Assembly: GCA_963771075.1 (NCBI GenBank)
Contig: CAVYSE010000007.1
Location: forward strand, 64,001 to 128,000
Direction of reading: 5' to 3'
Length of the DNA: 64,000 nt
Source: a candidate division FCPU426 bacterium
Lineage (GTDB): Bacteria > Oederibacteriota > Muellerivitia > Muellerivitales > Muellerivitaceae
Below are positions 53,925-64,000 of the stretch, in pieces. Each line of letters opens with the position of its first letter. Within the stretch, counting starts at the first letter, position 1. The notes below the pieces were generated by a model. That model did not search any database. It saw only the letters and a list, made by a program, of their open reading frames with translations, and was not told where the DNA came from. The position numbers and the translations under genes were made by a program.

Positions 53925-55133
53925 ATGAAAAAGGTTAAAAAAGTGGTTCTGGCTTACTCCGGTGGACTGGATACCTCGATCATCATTTCCTGGCTGAAAG
54001 AGCATTATCATTGTGAGGTGGTGGCCTTTATCGCGGACGTAGGGCAAGGGTCTGAAGTGGGGCCTGCCTATAAAAAGGCCCTGAGGACTGGGGCGATCAA
54101 GGCCGTGGTCAAGGATTTACGCAGGGAGTTTTTGGAGGAATATTGTTTCTCCGCCCTGCGCGCCCAGGCCAAATACGAGGGTACTTATCTCTTGGGAACC
54201 TCCCTGGCCCGTCCCGTCATCGCCAAGGGGCTGGTGGAGACTGCCTTGAAAGAAGGAGCGGACGCCATTTCTCATGGCGCCACGGGAAAAGGCAACGACC
54301 AGGTGCGCTTCGAGTTGACGGCCATGGCCCTGGCCCCCCATTTGAAAATTATCGCCCCCTGGAGGGAATGGGATATCCGTTCCCGCGAGGACGCCATCGA
54401 TTACGCCCAAAAGCGCGGCATCGAGGTGCCGGTCACCAAGAAGCGCCCCTATTCCATGGACGGGAACCTCTGGCATTTGAGCCACGAGGGAGGAGAATTA
54501 GAGGATCCCTGGAACGCGCCCTCCCCCCATGTCTTTTTGACCACGAAGGACCCCGCGCGCGCGCCCCAGAAACCCTTGAACCTTGTCCTGGCCTTCGAGA
54601 AGGGTACGCCCAAGGCCCTGAACGGGAAAAAGATCGGCGCGGTCGCGCTTTTGGAAAAGCTCAACAAACTGGCGGGCGCCTACGGCATCGGCCGGGTGGA
54701 CATGGTGGAAAACCGACTGGTCGGCATGAAGAGCCGGGGGGTCTACGAGTCCCCCGGGGCAACGGTGCTTTACGAAGCCCACCGCGCCCTGCAATCCTTG
54801 ACCGTGGAAAGGGACGTGCTTCATTTCGGGCAGATGCTTTCGGTAAAATACGCTGAGATCATCTACAACGGGCAATGGTTCTCGCCCTTGAGGGATTCGC
54901 TGGAGTCCTTCTTCAACGAGATGCAAAAGAACGTAACCGGGGAAGTGCGGGTGGAATTGAATCCCGGCCGGGTGACGGCCACCGGCGTGCGTTCGCCTTA
55001 TTCCCTTTACCAGCAGGACCTGGCCACCTTCGGGGAGGACGAGGTTTACAACCAGAAGGACGCCGAGGGATTCATCCGGCTTTTCGGCTTGCCGCTGAAG
55101 GTGGTGGGGACGGTGAAAAGGAAAAACAAATGA
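53925..55133 (+). CDS. argG: Argininosuccinate synthase
   Basis: [23 protein letters not shown]. Confidence 0.97.
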   Translation: MKKVKKVVLAYSGGLDTSIIISWLKEHYHCEVVAFIADVGQGSEVGPAYKKALRTGAIKAVVKDLRREFLEEYCFSALRAQAKYEGTYLLGTSLARPVIAKGLVETALKEGADAISHGATGKGNDQVRFELTAMALAPHLKIIAPWREWDIRSREDAIDYAQKRGIEVPVTKKRPYSMDGNLWHLSHEGGELEDPWNAPSPHVFLTTKDPARAPQKPLNLVLAFEKGTPKALNGKKIGAVALLEKLNKLAGAYGIGRVDMVENRLVGMKSRGVYESPGATVLYEAHRALQSLTVERDVLHFGQMLSVKYAEIIYNGQWFSPLRDSLESFFNEMQKNVTGEVRVELNPGRVTATGVRSPYSLYQQDLATFGEDEVYNQKDAEGFIRLFGLPLKVVGTVKRKNK

Positions 55134-56539
55134 AAAAGACGTGGGGCGGGAGATTTCAAAAATCCACTCATCCTCAAGTCGAAGCCTTTACCGAATCGAT
55201 TTCATTCGACCAGCGGTTGGCGCCTTACGACATCGAGGGAAGCCTAGCCCATGTCCAAACCCTCGTGAGGGCCAAACTATTGACCGTCGCGGAGGGTAAA
55301 AAGCTCCAGGCGGGACTCCTTCAGGTTCAAAAGCTCCTGCAGGCCAAAAAACTCTCGTTCGATCCATGCCTGGAAGATATCCATACGGCGGTGGAAAAGA
55401 CCTTGACCCGGATCGTAGGCCCCCTGGGCGGGAAGCTCCATACCGGGCGGTCCCGAAACGACCAGGTGGCCACTGATTTCCGCCTTTACCTGCGTCACGC
55501 GGTGAAAGAAGCCGTCGAGGCGGGAAGCCGGCTGATCGAGGTTTTGGCCCGCTTGGCTCTGCGTGAGAAGCAAACCCTCATGCCGGGTTATACCCATATG
55601 CAAAGGGCCATGCCCATCACCCTGGGTCATCATATGGCGGCTTACGCTTTTATGCTCACCCGGGATATGGACCGGTTCCTATCCGCCTGGGAAAGGGCTG
55701 ATAGCCTCTCCCTGGGATCGGGGGCCCTGGCCGGAACCAACTATGACTTTGACCGGCAATACACGGCGAAATTGCTCAGGTTAAAATCGGCGATGGAGAA
55801 CAGCCTGGACGCGGTTTCGGACAGGGATGTTTACGTGGATTTTCTCTCGGCCGCGGCCGTGACCCAAATGCACCTCTCCCGGTTTTCCGAGGACTTGATC
55901 CTCTGGGCTACCGCCGAATTCGGATTCGTCGAAATGGATGATGCCTTCGCCACCGGATCCAGCCTGATGCCCCAAAAGAAAAACCCGGACGTGGCCGAGC
56001 TGGTCCGGGGAAAGACTGGAAGGATATTCGGCAATTTGATAGGGCTCCTGACCGTCTTGAAAGGCTTGCCCCTGTCCTACAACCGCGATCTCCAGGAAGA
56101 CAAGCGGTTCGTTTTCGATTCCGCCGACACCGTCACCGCGTCCCTGAATATCATGGCGGGATTCCTCACCACTATGAAATTCCGCCGGGACAGGATGGCC
56201 GACGCCGCCGACAAGGATTTGACCCTCTTGGCCACCGATTTGGCCGACGTTTTGGTGAAAGAGGGCATGCCCTTCAGGAATGCCCATGAAATCATCGGCT
56301 CGGCCGTCCGTTACTGCCTAGGAAAAGGCAAAAGGCTGCAGGATTTGACTGATCCTGAGCTGAAACATTTCTCGAAAATGTTCCCCGATGGGGTTGGCGC
56401 GGGACTCTCGGCCTATCGTTCCGTTGTCAGGAAAAAAGCCATTGGCGGAACCTCGCCCAAGAACGTTGTCCGGCAAACAGGATTATTGAAAAAACACCTG
56501 GCGGAAATTAGAAAACGCCTTAGGACATTGAAGGATTAA
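55130..56539 (+). CDS. argH: Argininosuccinate lyase
   Basis: [30 protein letters not shown] overlap with argG. Confidence 0.97.
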   Translation: MKKTWGGRFQKSTHPQVEAFTESISFDQRLAPYDIEGSLAHVQTLVRAKLLTVAEGKKLQAGLLQVQKLLQAKKLSFDPCLEDIHTAVEKTLTRIVGPLGGKLHTGRSRNDQVATDFRLYLRHAVKEAVEAGSRLIEVLARLALREKQTLMPGYTHMQRAMPITLGHHMAAYAFMLTRDMDRFLSAWERADSLSLGSGALAGTNYDFDRQYTAKLLRLKSAMENSLDAVSDRDVYVDFLSAAAVTQMHLSRFSEDLILWATAEFGFVEMDDAFATGSSLMPQKKNPDVAELVRGKTGRIFGNLIGLLTVLKGLPLSYNRDLQEDKRFVFDSADTVTASLNIMAGFLTTMKFRRDRMADAADKDLTLLATDLADVLVKEGMPFRNAHEIIGSAVRYCLGKGKRLQDLTDPELKHFSKMFPDGVGAGLSAYRSVVRKKAIGGTSPKNVVRQTGLLKKHLAEIRKRLRTLKD

Positions 56540-56542
56540 CCC

Positions 56543-57790
56543 ATGACAGGATTTCACTTTAAAAAGGGCCATTGGCATTCGGATGGGGTTTCCCTGGAGA
56601 AGATCGCAAGGAAAACCGGCACCCCAGCCTATGTTTACAGCCTTCCGGCATTCGAGGAGAGGTGGAAGGAGGTGGACCAGGCCTATCGTGCGGTCCCTCA
56701 TCTGGTGGCTTACGCCATGAAAGCCAATGGGAATTTGACGGTCATGAACTCTCTCGCGAAATTAGGGTCCGGGGCCGACACGGTTTCAGGCGGTGAGATA
56801 TTCCTGGCCCGGAAGGCCGGTGTTCCCGCCAACAAGATCATCTACGCCGGGGTGGGAAAGACTGACGACGAGATCGCTTATGCGATAAAGGAAGGGATCC
56901 GTTATTTCAACGCCGAATCCATCCCCGAGATCCTGGCCATCAACGAGGTGGCCCGCAAGATGAAAAAAACCGCCCCCTTGGCTGTTCGTTTCAACCCTGA
57001 TGTGGACCCCAAAACCCACCATTACATTACTACGGGAAAAAAAGAGACGAAATTCGGAATCTACCTTGGGGACGTGGAAAAGATCATGGGAACGGTGAGG
57101 GATTGCCGAAATGTCCATTGGACAGGGGTCCATGCCCATATCGGCAGCCAGATGACCCAGACGAACTCGGTTGGCAAGGCCGCGAAGGTCCTGGAATCGC
57201 TGGTATTGCTCCTGAGAAGGGAAGGGTTCCCCATCACCACGGTGAATTCGGGTGGCGGGTACGGGATTCAATACGACCAAGAGAAGGCCCCGGACGCTTC
57301 CCGCTACGCCTCCCTCGTGATTCCGTTCATAAAACGGCTAAACGCCCAGCTGATTCTGGAACCGGGAAGGTTCATCGCCGGCAACTCGGGGGTCTTGTTG
57401 ACCCGGGTGATTTACGTGAAAAAGAGCGGGTCCAAGACCTTTTATATCGTGGACGCGGGAATGGGGGAACTGATCCGCCCCGCCCTTTACGAAGCCTATC
57501 ACCGGGTGGCTCCCGTCTCAGGCTACCAAAAGGGAACTCAAAAGGCCGATGTGGTGGGACCTATCTGCGAATCCACCGACTTTTTCGCCAAGGACCGCCT
57601 TCTTCCCCCCGTCCAGCGGGGGGACCTGCTGGTGATTTTCTCGGCGGGGGCCTATGGCGCCGTGATGGGGAGCACCTACAACGCCCGTCCCTTGGCGCCG
57701 GAGGTGGTGACCCGCGGATCCACGTTCTCCATCGCCCGGCGCCGCCAGTCCTGGAGCGACCTGACGAGGCTGGATAACTTCCGAGCCTGA
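56543..57790 (+). CDS. lysA: Diaminopimelate decarboxylase
   Basis: YAMKAN, HIGSQ, EPGR, GPICESTD. Confidence 0.96.
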   Translation: MTGFHFKKGHWHSDGVSLEKIARKTGTPAYVYSLPAFEERWKEVDQAYRAVPHLVAYAMKANGNLTVMNSLAKLGSGADTVSGGEIFLARKAGVPANKIIYAGVGKTDDEIAYAIKEGIRYFNAESIPEILAINEVARKMKKTAPLAVRFNPDVDPKTHHYITTGKKETKFGIYLGDVEKIMGTVRDCRNVHWTGVHAHIGSQMTQTNSVGKAAKVLESLVLLLRREGFPITTVNSGGGYGIQYDQEKAPDASRYASLVIPFIKRLNAQLILEPGRFIAGNSGVLLTRVIYVKKSGSKTFYIVDAGMGELIRPALYEAYHRVAPVSGYQKGTQKADVVGPICESTDFFAKDRLLPPVQRGDLLVIFSAGAYGAVMGSTYNARPLAPEVVTRGSTFSIARRRQSWSDLTRLDNFRA

Positions 57791-57852
57791 TCCGTCCAAA
57801 AGTTTTCTTGCGATGGATGGTGAATTTACCTAAACTAACTTCACTCGACACC

Positions 57853-57879
57853 AACCCCCGCTTGGGGGTTTTCTTTTTT
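57853..57879 (+). terminator. Terminator-like hairpin between lysA and dapA
   Basis: AACCCCC-GCTT-GGGGGTT followed by TTCTTTTTT. Confidence 0.55.
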
Positions 57880-57907
57880 GGGGTCGGTTTTCGGATCAGG
57901 AGGTCTC

Positions 57908-58801
57908 ATGTTTCGCGGAGCCTATACCGCCCTTATCACACCTTTCAAAAACGGGAAAATCGACTTTGCCGCCATGGAATCCCTGATCGAGAACCAAATC
58001 ACCAAGGGAATCGACGGCCTGGTGCCCTGCGGCACGACCGGCGAATCCCCCACCTTGTCCGAGGCTGAGCACAAAGAGGTCATCGCCTTCACCGTCAAGA
58101 CCGTGCGCAAGAGGGTTCCCGTCATCGCCGGCACCGGCTCCAACTCCACGGCCGAGGCCGTCCAGCTCACCCAGCACGCCAAGCAGGTGGGCGCGGACGC
58201 GTCCCTCCTCATTTGCCCCTACTACAACAAGCCCTCCCAGCGGGGGTTGATCGCCCATTTCACGGCCATCGCCGACGCCGTGGATATTCCCCAGATTCCC
58301 TACAACGTGCCCGGTCGCACCGGGATCAACATCAATCCCGAGACCCTGGCGGAGCTTTCCCGCCACCGCAACATCGTGGGGGTCAAGGAAGCCAGCGGGA
58401 ACATGGAACAAATGATCCGCATCAAGGCCCTTTGCGGGAATGATTTCGACCTCATCTCGGGCGACGACCCCTTGACCCTGCCCATCCTGGCCGTGGGGGG
58501 AGTGGGGGTCATCTCGGTCACTTCCCATCTTCTTCCCGGGGAAACCTCCCGAATGGTGCACAGCTACCTGGAAGGAAAGACGGCCGAATCTAGGGATCTT
58601 TTCTACCAGTACTATGATCTAGTGAAAGCCGTCATGGGCGTGGATGTGAACCCGGTGGGCATCAAGGCCGCCCTGGCCTTGCGGGGCCAGATCCGCGAGG
58701 AATACCGCCTGCCCCTAGCGCCCCTGACCGATGAGGCGAGGGAAGGCTTGAAGAAACAGTTGGAACGATTCGGCCTTTTAACAGCGGGAAGTCTCAAATG
58801 A
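57908..58801 (+). CDS. dapA: 4-hydroxy-tetrahydrodipicolinate synthase
   Basis: GTTGES, PYYNKP, YNVPGRTG, KEASG; AGGAGG RBS. Confidence 0.96.
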   Translation: MFRGAYTALITPFKNGKIDFAAMESLIENQITKGIDGLVPCGTTGESPTLSEAEHKEVIAFTVKTVRKRVPVIAGTGSNSTAEAVQLTQHAKQVGADASLLICPYYNKPSQRGLIAHFTAIADAVDIPQIPYNVPGRTGININPETLAELSRHRNIVGVKEASGNMEQMIRIKALCGNDFDLISGDDPLTLPILAVGGVGVISVTSHLLPGETSRMVHSYLEGKTAESRDLFYQYYDLVKAVMGVDVNPVGIKAALALRGQIREEYRLPLAPLTDEAREGLKKQLERFGLLTAGSLK

Positions 58802-59619
58802 GCTTGCGCTTGGTGGTTTCAGGCGCCACCGGCCGGATGGGTAAAGCCATCTTGGAATTGGCGGCTTGTGACCCCTTCTTCGTCATGGTGGGCGCCTTGG
58901 AAACCTCCCAGCATCCCGACCTGGGCAAACCCCTTTCGGCCCTTTCGCCTACCTTGCCCGACAAGGTTTTTCTCAGGGTCCGGCTATCCGAAATTTCCCC
59001 CGCGCCCCAGGTTTTGGTCGATTTCACCCAGCCCCCCGCGACCCTCGCCTACTTGAAGGAGGCGGTCGCCCTTAAAACCGCCATGGTGATCGGCACCACC
59101 GGTTTTTCCGAGGGGGAAAAGGCCGAGATCCAAAAGGCCGCCTTGGCCATCCCCATCGTCCAAGCCTCCAACATGAGCATGGGAATGAACCTTCTTTTTT
59201 CCCTCGTGCGGGAAGCGGCAGCTAAATTAGGCCAGGGGTACGACGTTGAAATCGTGGAAGCCCATCATCATCACAAAAAAGACGCCCCGTCCGGTACGGC
59301 CCTGACCCTGGGTGAATCGGTGGCGAAGGCTTGGGGGGTTCCCCTGAAGGACGTTGCGACCCATGGCCGGGAGGGCTTGGTGGGGGAAAGAAAGGCCGGA
59401 ACCATAGGCTTTCATGCGGTCAGGGGGGGAGACATCGTCGGGGACCACACCGTTCTCTTTGCCGGGCCGGGGGAAAGGCTTGAATTGACCCACCGGGCCC
59501 ACAGCCGGGTGCCCCTCGCCCAGGGGGCCTTGATGGCCGCCCGGTTCCTCGGGGATCAATCCAAGGGTTATTTCGACATGAGAGCCGTTTTGGGCCTGAA
59601 TGGCTCCCCAAAGCCGTGA
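58798..59619 (+). CDS. dapB: 4-hydroxy-tetrahydrodipicolinate reductase
   Basis: GATGRMG, EAHHHHKKDAPSGTA. Confidence 0.96.
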   Translation: MSLRLVVSGATGRMGKAILELAACDPFFVMVGALETSQHPDLGKPLSALSPTLPDKVFLRVRLSEISPAPQVLVDFTQPPATLAYLKEAVALKTAMVIGTTGFSEGEKAEIQKAALAIPIVQASNMSMGMNLLFSLVREAAAKLGQGYDVEIVEAHHHHKKDAPSGTALTLGESVAKAWGVPLKDVATHGREGLVGERKAGTIGFHAVRGGDIVGDHTVLFAGPGERLELTHRAHSRVPLAQGALMAARFLGDQSKGYFDMRAVLGLNGSPKP

Positions 59620-60386
59620 AAATCGCCAGGCTGCTACATAGCAATCGTCCCCGTTGGGCCATGCTGCTGGAATCGGTTGCGACCTACCGGCTGTTCGAAT
59701 CGGAAGCCCCTTGGGCCGATCCGCTCATGGATTCCAAGTCGTATCCTCTCAAACCAGGCCAGCTACTGGTACCGTCGGTCCCTTCCAAAATAATCGCAGT
59801 AGGCTTGAACTATCAGGACCACGTGAGGGAAATGTCGCATGTTAGTCCAAAGGAACCGGTCTTATTTTTGAAGCCACCCTCTGCCTTGTTGAACCCTGAG
59901 GGCCAAATCCAGTATCCTTTTTCCTCCAATCGCGTTGATTTTGAAGCTGAATTGGCCGTGGTCCTCAAAAAGGAACTCAAAAACGCCGATCCGAAGGAAG
60001 CCCTGGGGGCGGTTTGGGGGTTCACCTGTTGCAATGACGTGACGGCCAGGGATCATCAAAAGGCGGACGGCCAGTGGGGCAGGGCGAAGGGTTTTGACAC
60101 CTTCTGTCCGTTAGGACCCTGGATTGTGACCGATTTTGAGGAGCACGACCAGAAAATCTGCACGAGGTTAAACGGCGAAGAAAAGCAATCCTCCAAAATA
60201 TCGAACCGCATATGGAGGACGGCTGAATTGCTTTCGTTTATATCGAAAGTAATGACCCTTTACCCTCTGGATGTGGTAACTACCGGGACTCCGGAGGGGG
60301 TCGGCCCCATGAAACCGGGGGATCGGGTGGAAATCGAAGTGGAGGGCATCGGCATCCTTCGAAACCAAGTGGCGCAAGAAAGATAG
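59616..60386 (+). CDS. Fumarylacetoacetate hydrolase family protein
   Basis: VGLNY.DH, FLKP, DFEAEL, NDVTARD, TGTPEGVG. Confidence 0.92.
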   Translation: MKIARLLHSNRPRWAMLLESVATYRLFESEAPWADPLMDSKSYPLKPGQLLVPSVPSKIIAVGLNYQDHVREMSHVSPKEPVLFLKPPSALLNPEGQIQYPFSSNRVDFEAELAVVLKKELKNADPKEALGAVWGFTCCNDVTARDHQKADGQWGRAKGFDTFCPLGPWIVTDFEEHDQKICTRLNGEEKQSSKISNRIWRTAELLSFISKVMTLYPLDVVTTGTPEGVGPMKPGDRVEIEVEGIGILRNQVAQER

Positions 60387-60392
60387 GACTTC

Positions 60393-61556
60393 ATGGAATT
60401 CAAGTTATCGAACCGGCTGAACCAACTTCCGCCTTATCTCTTTATGGAGATCGACAAGAAAAAGAAAGCCGCCATTGAAAAGGGTGTGGATATCATTAGC
60501 CTGGGAGTGGGCGACCCGGATTTGGCCACGCCCGATTTCATTATTGAAGCCCTTTACCGCGCGGCCAAGGATAAGGCAAACCACCAGTATCCCTTTGGCG
60601 CAGGGTTAATGAAGTTTCGCGAAGCGGTGTCCCGTTGGTACCACCGCCGCTTCGGGGTGGACTTGGACCCCAAGGACGAAGTCGTGGCCTTGATCGGCTC
60701 CAAGGAAGGTATTGGCCACTTGCCCCTGGGAATTTTGAATCCCGGGGACATCAGCCTGATTCCTTCTCCAGGTTATCCCGTATACCACGCGGGAACCCTT
60801 TTCGCGGGCGGTATTTCCTTTTTCATGCCGCTTTTAGAAAAGAACGGGTTCCTTCCCGATTTGGATTCGATTCCTCCGGAGGTGCTGGAACGGTCCAAAA
60901 TGATCTGGACCAACTCCCCCAACAACCCAACTGCCGCCCTCGCAGGGCCGGATTTCTACGCAAAACTTGTAGCCCTGGCGCAGAAACACAATATCCTCGT
61001 CGCAAATGACGCCGCCTACACCGAGATCTATTATGACGGGAAAAAGCCCGTCAGCTTTCTTCAAACTCCCGGCGCGAAAGAGGTTGGGGTGGAGTTTCAC
61101 TCCCTCTCGAAGACCTTCAACATGACGGGTTGGCGTGTTGGTTTCGCAGTGGGCAACAAGTCCGCCCTCAAGGGACTGAGCACGGTCAAGGAAAACTTGG
61201 ATTCGGGCCTTTTCAACGCTATTCAATACGCAGGCATCGCAGGTCTGGAAGCCCCTGATTCGGTGACCGATGGGATTCGAAGTATCTACCAAGACCGTCG
61301 GGACTTTTTCACGTCGGGTCTTAAAAAATTGGGTTGGCAGTTCCAAACGCCCGAAGCGGCTTTTTACCTTTGGGTTAAGGTCCCGAAGGGTTATTCCTCC
61401 GCGGCCTGGTGCGGCAAGCTTTTGGAAGAGGCGGGCGTGGTGACGACTCCCGGAAACGGTTTTGGCCGGGAGGGGGAGGGCTATTTCCGCATGACCCTGA
61501 CTGTCGAAAAAGCCCGGTTGGAAGAGGCTTTGCAAAGATTCTCGAAGTTGAAATAG
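60393..61556 (+). CDS. dapL: LL-diaminopimelate aminotransferase
   Basis: PPYLF, LIGSKEG, SLSKTFNMTGWR; lies within the dap cluster. Confidence 0.82.
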   Translation: MEFKLSNRLNQLPPYLFMEIDKKKKAAIEKGVDIISLGVGDPDLATPDFIIEALYRAAKDKANHQYPFGAGLMKFREAVSRWYHRRFGVDLDPKDEVVALIGSKEGIGHLPLGILNPGDISLIPSPGYPVYHAGTLFAGGISFFMPLLEKNGFLPDLDSIPPEVLERSKMIWTNSPNNPTAALAGPDFYAKLVALAQKHNILVANDAAYTEIYYDGKKPVSFLQTPGAKEVGVEFHSLSKTFNMTGWRVGFAVGNKSALKGLSTVKENLDSGLFNAIQYAGIAGLEAPDSVTDGIRSIYQDRRDFFTSGLKKLGWQFQTPEAAFYLWVKVPKGYSSAAWCGKLLEEAGVVTTPGNGFGREGEGYFRMTLTVEKARLEEALQRFSKLK

Positions 61557-61608
61557 GGCTAAGAAGAACGAAGCGAACGGATTAAATTTTCTCGCTATTC
61601 CTGGTGAA

Positions 61609-62097
61609 ATGATGCCTTTGGCTTATTTATCTTTGGGGTCCAATTTGGGCCCAAGGGAAGTTTATTTGGACCGTGCGCGGAATGCGACGCGGGAATTTTT
61701 CCCGAAAGTTCGGGAATCCTCCGTCTACGAGACCGAACCCGTGGATTTCTTGGATCAACCCTGGTTTTTGAACCAAGTCCTAGAAATTGAGACACCCTTA
61801 AATCCGCAGGCCCTGTTAAGCTGGATACGCGGGTTGGAGGATGGGATGGGTAGGCAGAGGGTGACCCCCAAGGGGCCGCGCACCCTGGATGTGGACATTT
61901 TGTTGTACGATGATTGGACCCTTAGGGGAGATGAACTGGTGTTGCCCCACCCGCGGTTGATTTATCGGAGGCACGTTTTGGTCCCTCTTTGCGAATTGGC
62001 CGATGAGCGACGAATCCCGGGCGAAACCCGAACTCTTCGGGAAATTCTGAGCACTGTCGAAGACTTGTCCCAAGTGAGACGCCATGCTTCAACATAA
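61609..62097 (+). CDS. folK: HPPK (2-amino-4-hydroxy-6-hydroxymethyldihydropteridine diphosphokinase)
   Basis: LSLGSNLG, GPRTLDVDIL, LPHP. Confidence 0.95.
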   Translation: MMPLAYLSLGSNLGPREVYLDRARNATREFFPKVRESSVYETEPVDFLDQPWFLNQVLEIETPLNPQALLSWIRGLEDGMGRQRVTPKGPRTLDVDILLYDDWTLRGDELVLPHPRLIYRRHVLVPLCELADERRIPGETRTLREILSTVEDLSQVRRHAST

Positions 62098-62728
62098 ATA
62101 TATCGCCATTGAGGGCCCCATTGGTGTGGGCAAAACTAGCCTTGCAGAAATTTTGGCCAAAAAGTTAAGCGCCCGCCTCGTCATGGAAGGTGCGGTCGAC
62201 AATCCCTTCATCCACACCTTTTACAAAGACATCAAGGCCCATGCCTTTCAGACCCAGCTTTTTTTCCTGCTCTCCCGTTATAAGCAACAGCAGGAATTGG
62301 CCCAAAGCGATCTTTTTCAAAGAGGCATCATCAGCGACTATGTCTTCGCGAAGGACCGGTTGTTCGCCAACTTGGTTTTGGATGACAACGAATTAAAACT
62401 GTACGAGCAGATCCACACGATCCTCACGGGAAGGATCCTGAAGCCGGATCTCGTCATTTACTTGCAGGCGTCGACCGACGTCCTCTTGAAACGCATTGCT
62501 TTGCGAGGTCGTAAATTTGAGAGTCAGATCAACGAGGCTTATTTGGCGGAATTGAACCAGGCCTACAATTACTTCTTTTTCCACTACCAGGAAACTCCGC
62601 TGATGGTGGTGAATACCAGCGAGATCGATTTTGTCCACCGCGACGCGGACCTGGATGATCTGCTTGTTCACCTAGGGAAGATCACCAAAGGCACCGTTTA
62701 TTACCAGCCGGTCTCGGTAAAAAAATAA
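62084..62728 (+). CDS. Deoxynucleoside kinase
   Basis: IEGPIGVGKTSL, QLFFLLSRY, PDLVIYL. Confidence 0.92.
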   Translation: MLQHKYIAIEGPIGVGKTSLAEILAKKLSARLVMEGAVDNPFIHTFYKDIKAHAFQTQLFFLLSRYKQQQELAQSDLFQRGIISDYVFAKDRLFANLVLDDNELKLYEQIHTILTGRILKPDLVIYLQASTDVLLKRIALRGRKFESQINEAYLAELNQAYNYFFFHYQETPLMVVNTSEIDFVHRDADLDDLLVHLGKITKGTVYYQPVSVKK

Positions 62729-62783
62729 CTGTTTTTAACCGTTCACTGCCGAATGCAGATGGTTTCACACTTGAGGGGTTTCG

Positions 62784-63575
62784 ATGGAACATCAGTTGAC
62801 CATTCTGGATTTCCAAGCCAAATGCGATCAGGGTGAGAAGATCGCCCTCGTGACGGCCTATGACTACGCCATGGCGCGGGCGGTCGACACCGCCGGGGTG
62901 GACGGCATTTTGGTGGGGGACAGCCTTTCCAACGTCATGTTGGGCCGGGCCACCACCCTCTCCACGACGCTGGAGGAGATGATTCATCATTGCAAGGCGG
63001 TTGTTCGGGGCGTTCAAAAGGCTCTTGTGATCGGGGACCTACCATTTCTCACCTATCAATTGGGGCCCGAAACGGCATTGGCGAATGCCGGAAGGTTGAT
63101 GGCGGAAACGGGTGTGGGGGCGGTCAAATTGGAATGGTGTGCCCAAGCGGCCCGGATAACCGAGTTTCTAGTAGGGAACGGTCTTCCGGTCATGGGCCAT
63201 GTGGGGTTCACGCCCCAGCAGGTCCACCGGTTCGGGGGCTACCGGGTGCAGGGAAAGGATAAATCCTCCGCTTCCACATTGCTCCAACAAGCAAGGGCAT
63301 TCGAAAAAGCGGGCGCCTTTTCGGTGGTGTTGGAACTGGTACCGCCTTTACTCGCGAAAAAAATTAGCCAGGTTTTGAGGATTCCCACGATTGGGATCGG
63401 AGCGGGCCTGGATTGCGATGGGCAGGTCCAGGTGCTCCACGATCTTTTGGGCCTCATGCCGGATTTTCATCCAAAACACGCTAAGACCTATCTAAGCCTT
63501 TACCCGACGATACAAGAAGCCATCCGGCGCTATGCTAGGGAGGTCAAGTCGGGAAATTTCCGGCCGGGCCCATGA
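62784..63575 (+). CDS. panB: Ketopantoate hydroxymethyltransferase
   Basis: TAYD, LVGDSL, AVKLE, GIGAG. Confidence 0.96.
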   Translation: MEHQLTILDFQAKCDQGEKIALVTAYDYAMARAVDTAGVDGILVGDSLSNVMLGRATTLSTTLEEMIHHCKAVVRGVQKALVIGDLPFLTYQLGPETALANAGRLMAETGVGAVKLEWCAQAARITEFLVGNGLPVMGHVGFTPQQVHRFGGYRVQGKDKSSASTLLQQARAFEKAGAFSVVLELVPPLLAKKISQVLRIPTIGIGAGLDCDGQVQVLHDLLGLMPDFHPKHAKTYLSLYPTIQEAIRRYAREVKSGNFRPGP

Positions 63576-64000
63576 AAGCGCCCGCTCCACGCACCTTTGA
63601 AGATCCAGGAGTCATGCGTACCCAAGCCCGAAAATGGCGTAAGTCCGGCAAAACCGTAGGGTTTGTGCCGACCATGGGTGCCTTGCATCCGGGCCACTTG
63701 GAATTGGTGCGCGCTTCCCGGTCCGCCAATGACCTGACGGTTGTTTCCATCTATATCAATCCCATGCAGTTTGGGCCCCAGGAGGATTACAACCGCTATC
63801 CCCGGACCCTCGAAGCGGATTTGGCCCTGTTGACCGAGGAAAAGGTGGACGCAGTGTACCTGCCCAATAACCGGGTCATGTATCCCAAGGGTTTTGCGAC
63901 CACCGTATCGGTCTCAGGATCATTGATTTCGAGCTTGTGCGCCCCCTTCCGTCTCGGCCATTTTGAGGGCGTGGCGACGGTGGTGGTAAAATTGGTCAAC
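63572..64000 (+). CDS. panC: Pantoate-beta-alanine ligase (truncated by window end)
   Basis: Manual translation gives GFVPTMGALHPGH, SIYINPMQF, YPRTLEAD. Confidence 0.93.
   Translation, partial: MKAPAPRTFEDPGVMRTQARKWRKSGKTVGFVPTMGALHPGHLELVRASRSANDLTVVSIYINPMQFGPQEDYNRYPRTLEADLALLTEEKVDAVYLPNNRVMYPKGFATTVSVSGSLISSLCAPFRLGHFEGVATVVVKLVN

Noticed and set aside
54143..58561. Long overlapping or antisense ORFs over arg/lys genes
   Set aside because: Shadow frames expected from GC-rich third codon positions; they fully overlap well-supported genes.

Overview
Chromosomal window from a GC-moderate, apparently diderm bacterium (outer-membrane barrel and lipoprotein genes present; taxon not determinable from this window). 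Housekeeping genes include a DinG-like helicase, ruvB, an MCP, a Gld-like ABC operon, tatC, a transaldolase, uvrB/uvrC, a sigma54 two-component system, rph/rdgB, dgt and an argD-F-G-H / lysA-dapA-dapB-dapL / folK-dNK-panB-panC cluster. There are also seven tRNAs, a frameshifted GH94 phosphorylase, two very large Thr-rich lipoproteins built from near-identical CBM-like modules, and two copies of a MITE. The main discovery is a pair of sibling minimal integrative elements: about 6.8 kb in tRNA-Arg(TCT) and about 5.9 kb in tRNA-Val(TAC). They share a backbone of tyrosine integrase, a Replic_Relax-like PD-(D/E)XK protein, an MNT-HEPN pair and variable cargo; an excisionase is intact in one copy only, and neither has capsid, helicase or conjugation genes. 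Comparing the two copies by eye reveals: a conserved leader peptide with synonymous-only changes, a covarying long hairpin, arm-type sites, 10-bp phased repeats, a possible anti-int sRNA, and targeting of two different tRNAs that share CTGC-N7-GCAG anticodon arms. All family calls come from motif recognition; no database searches were run.
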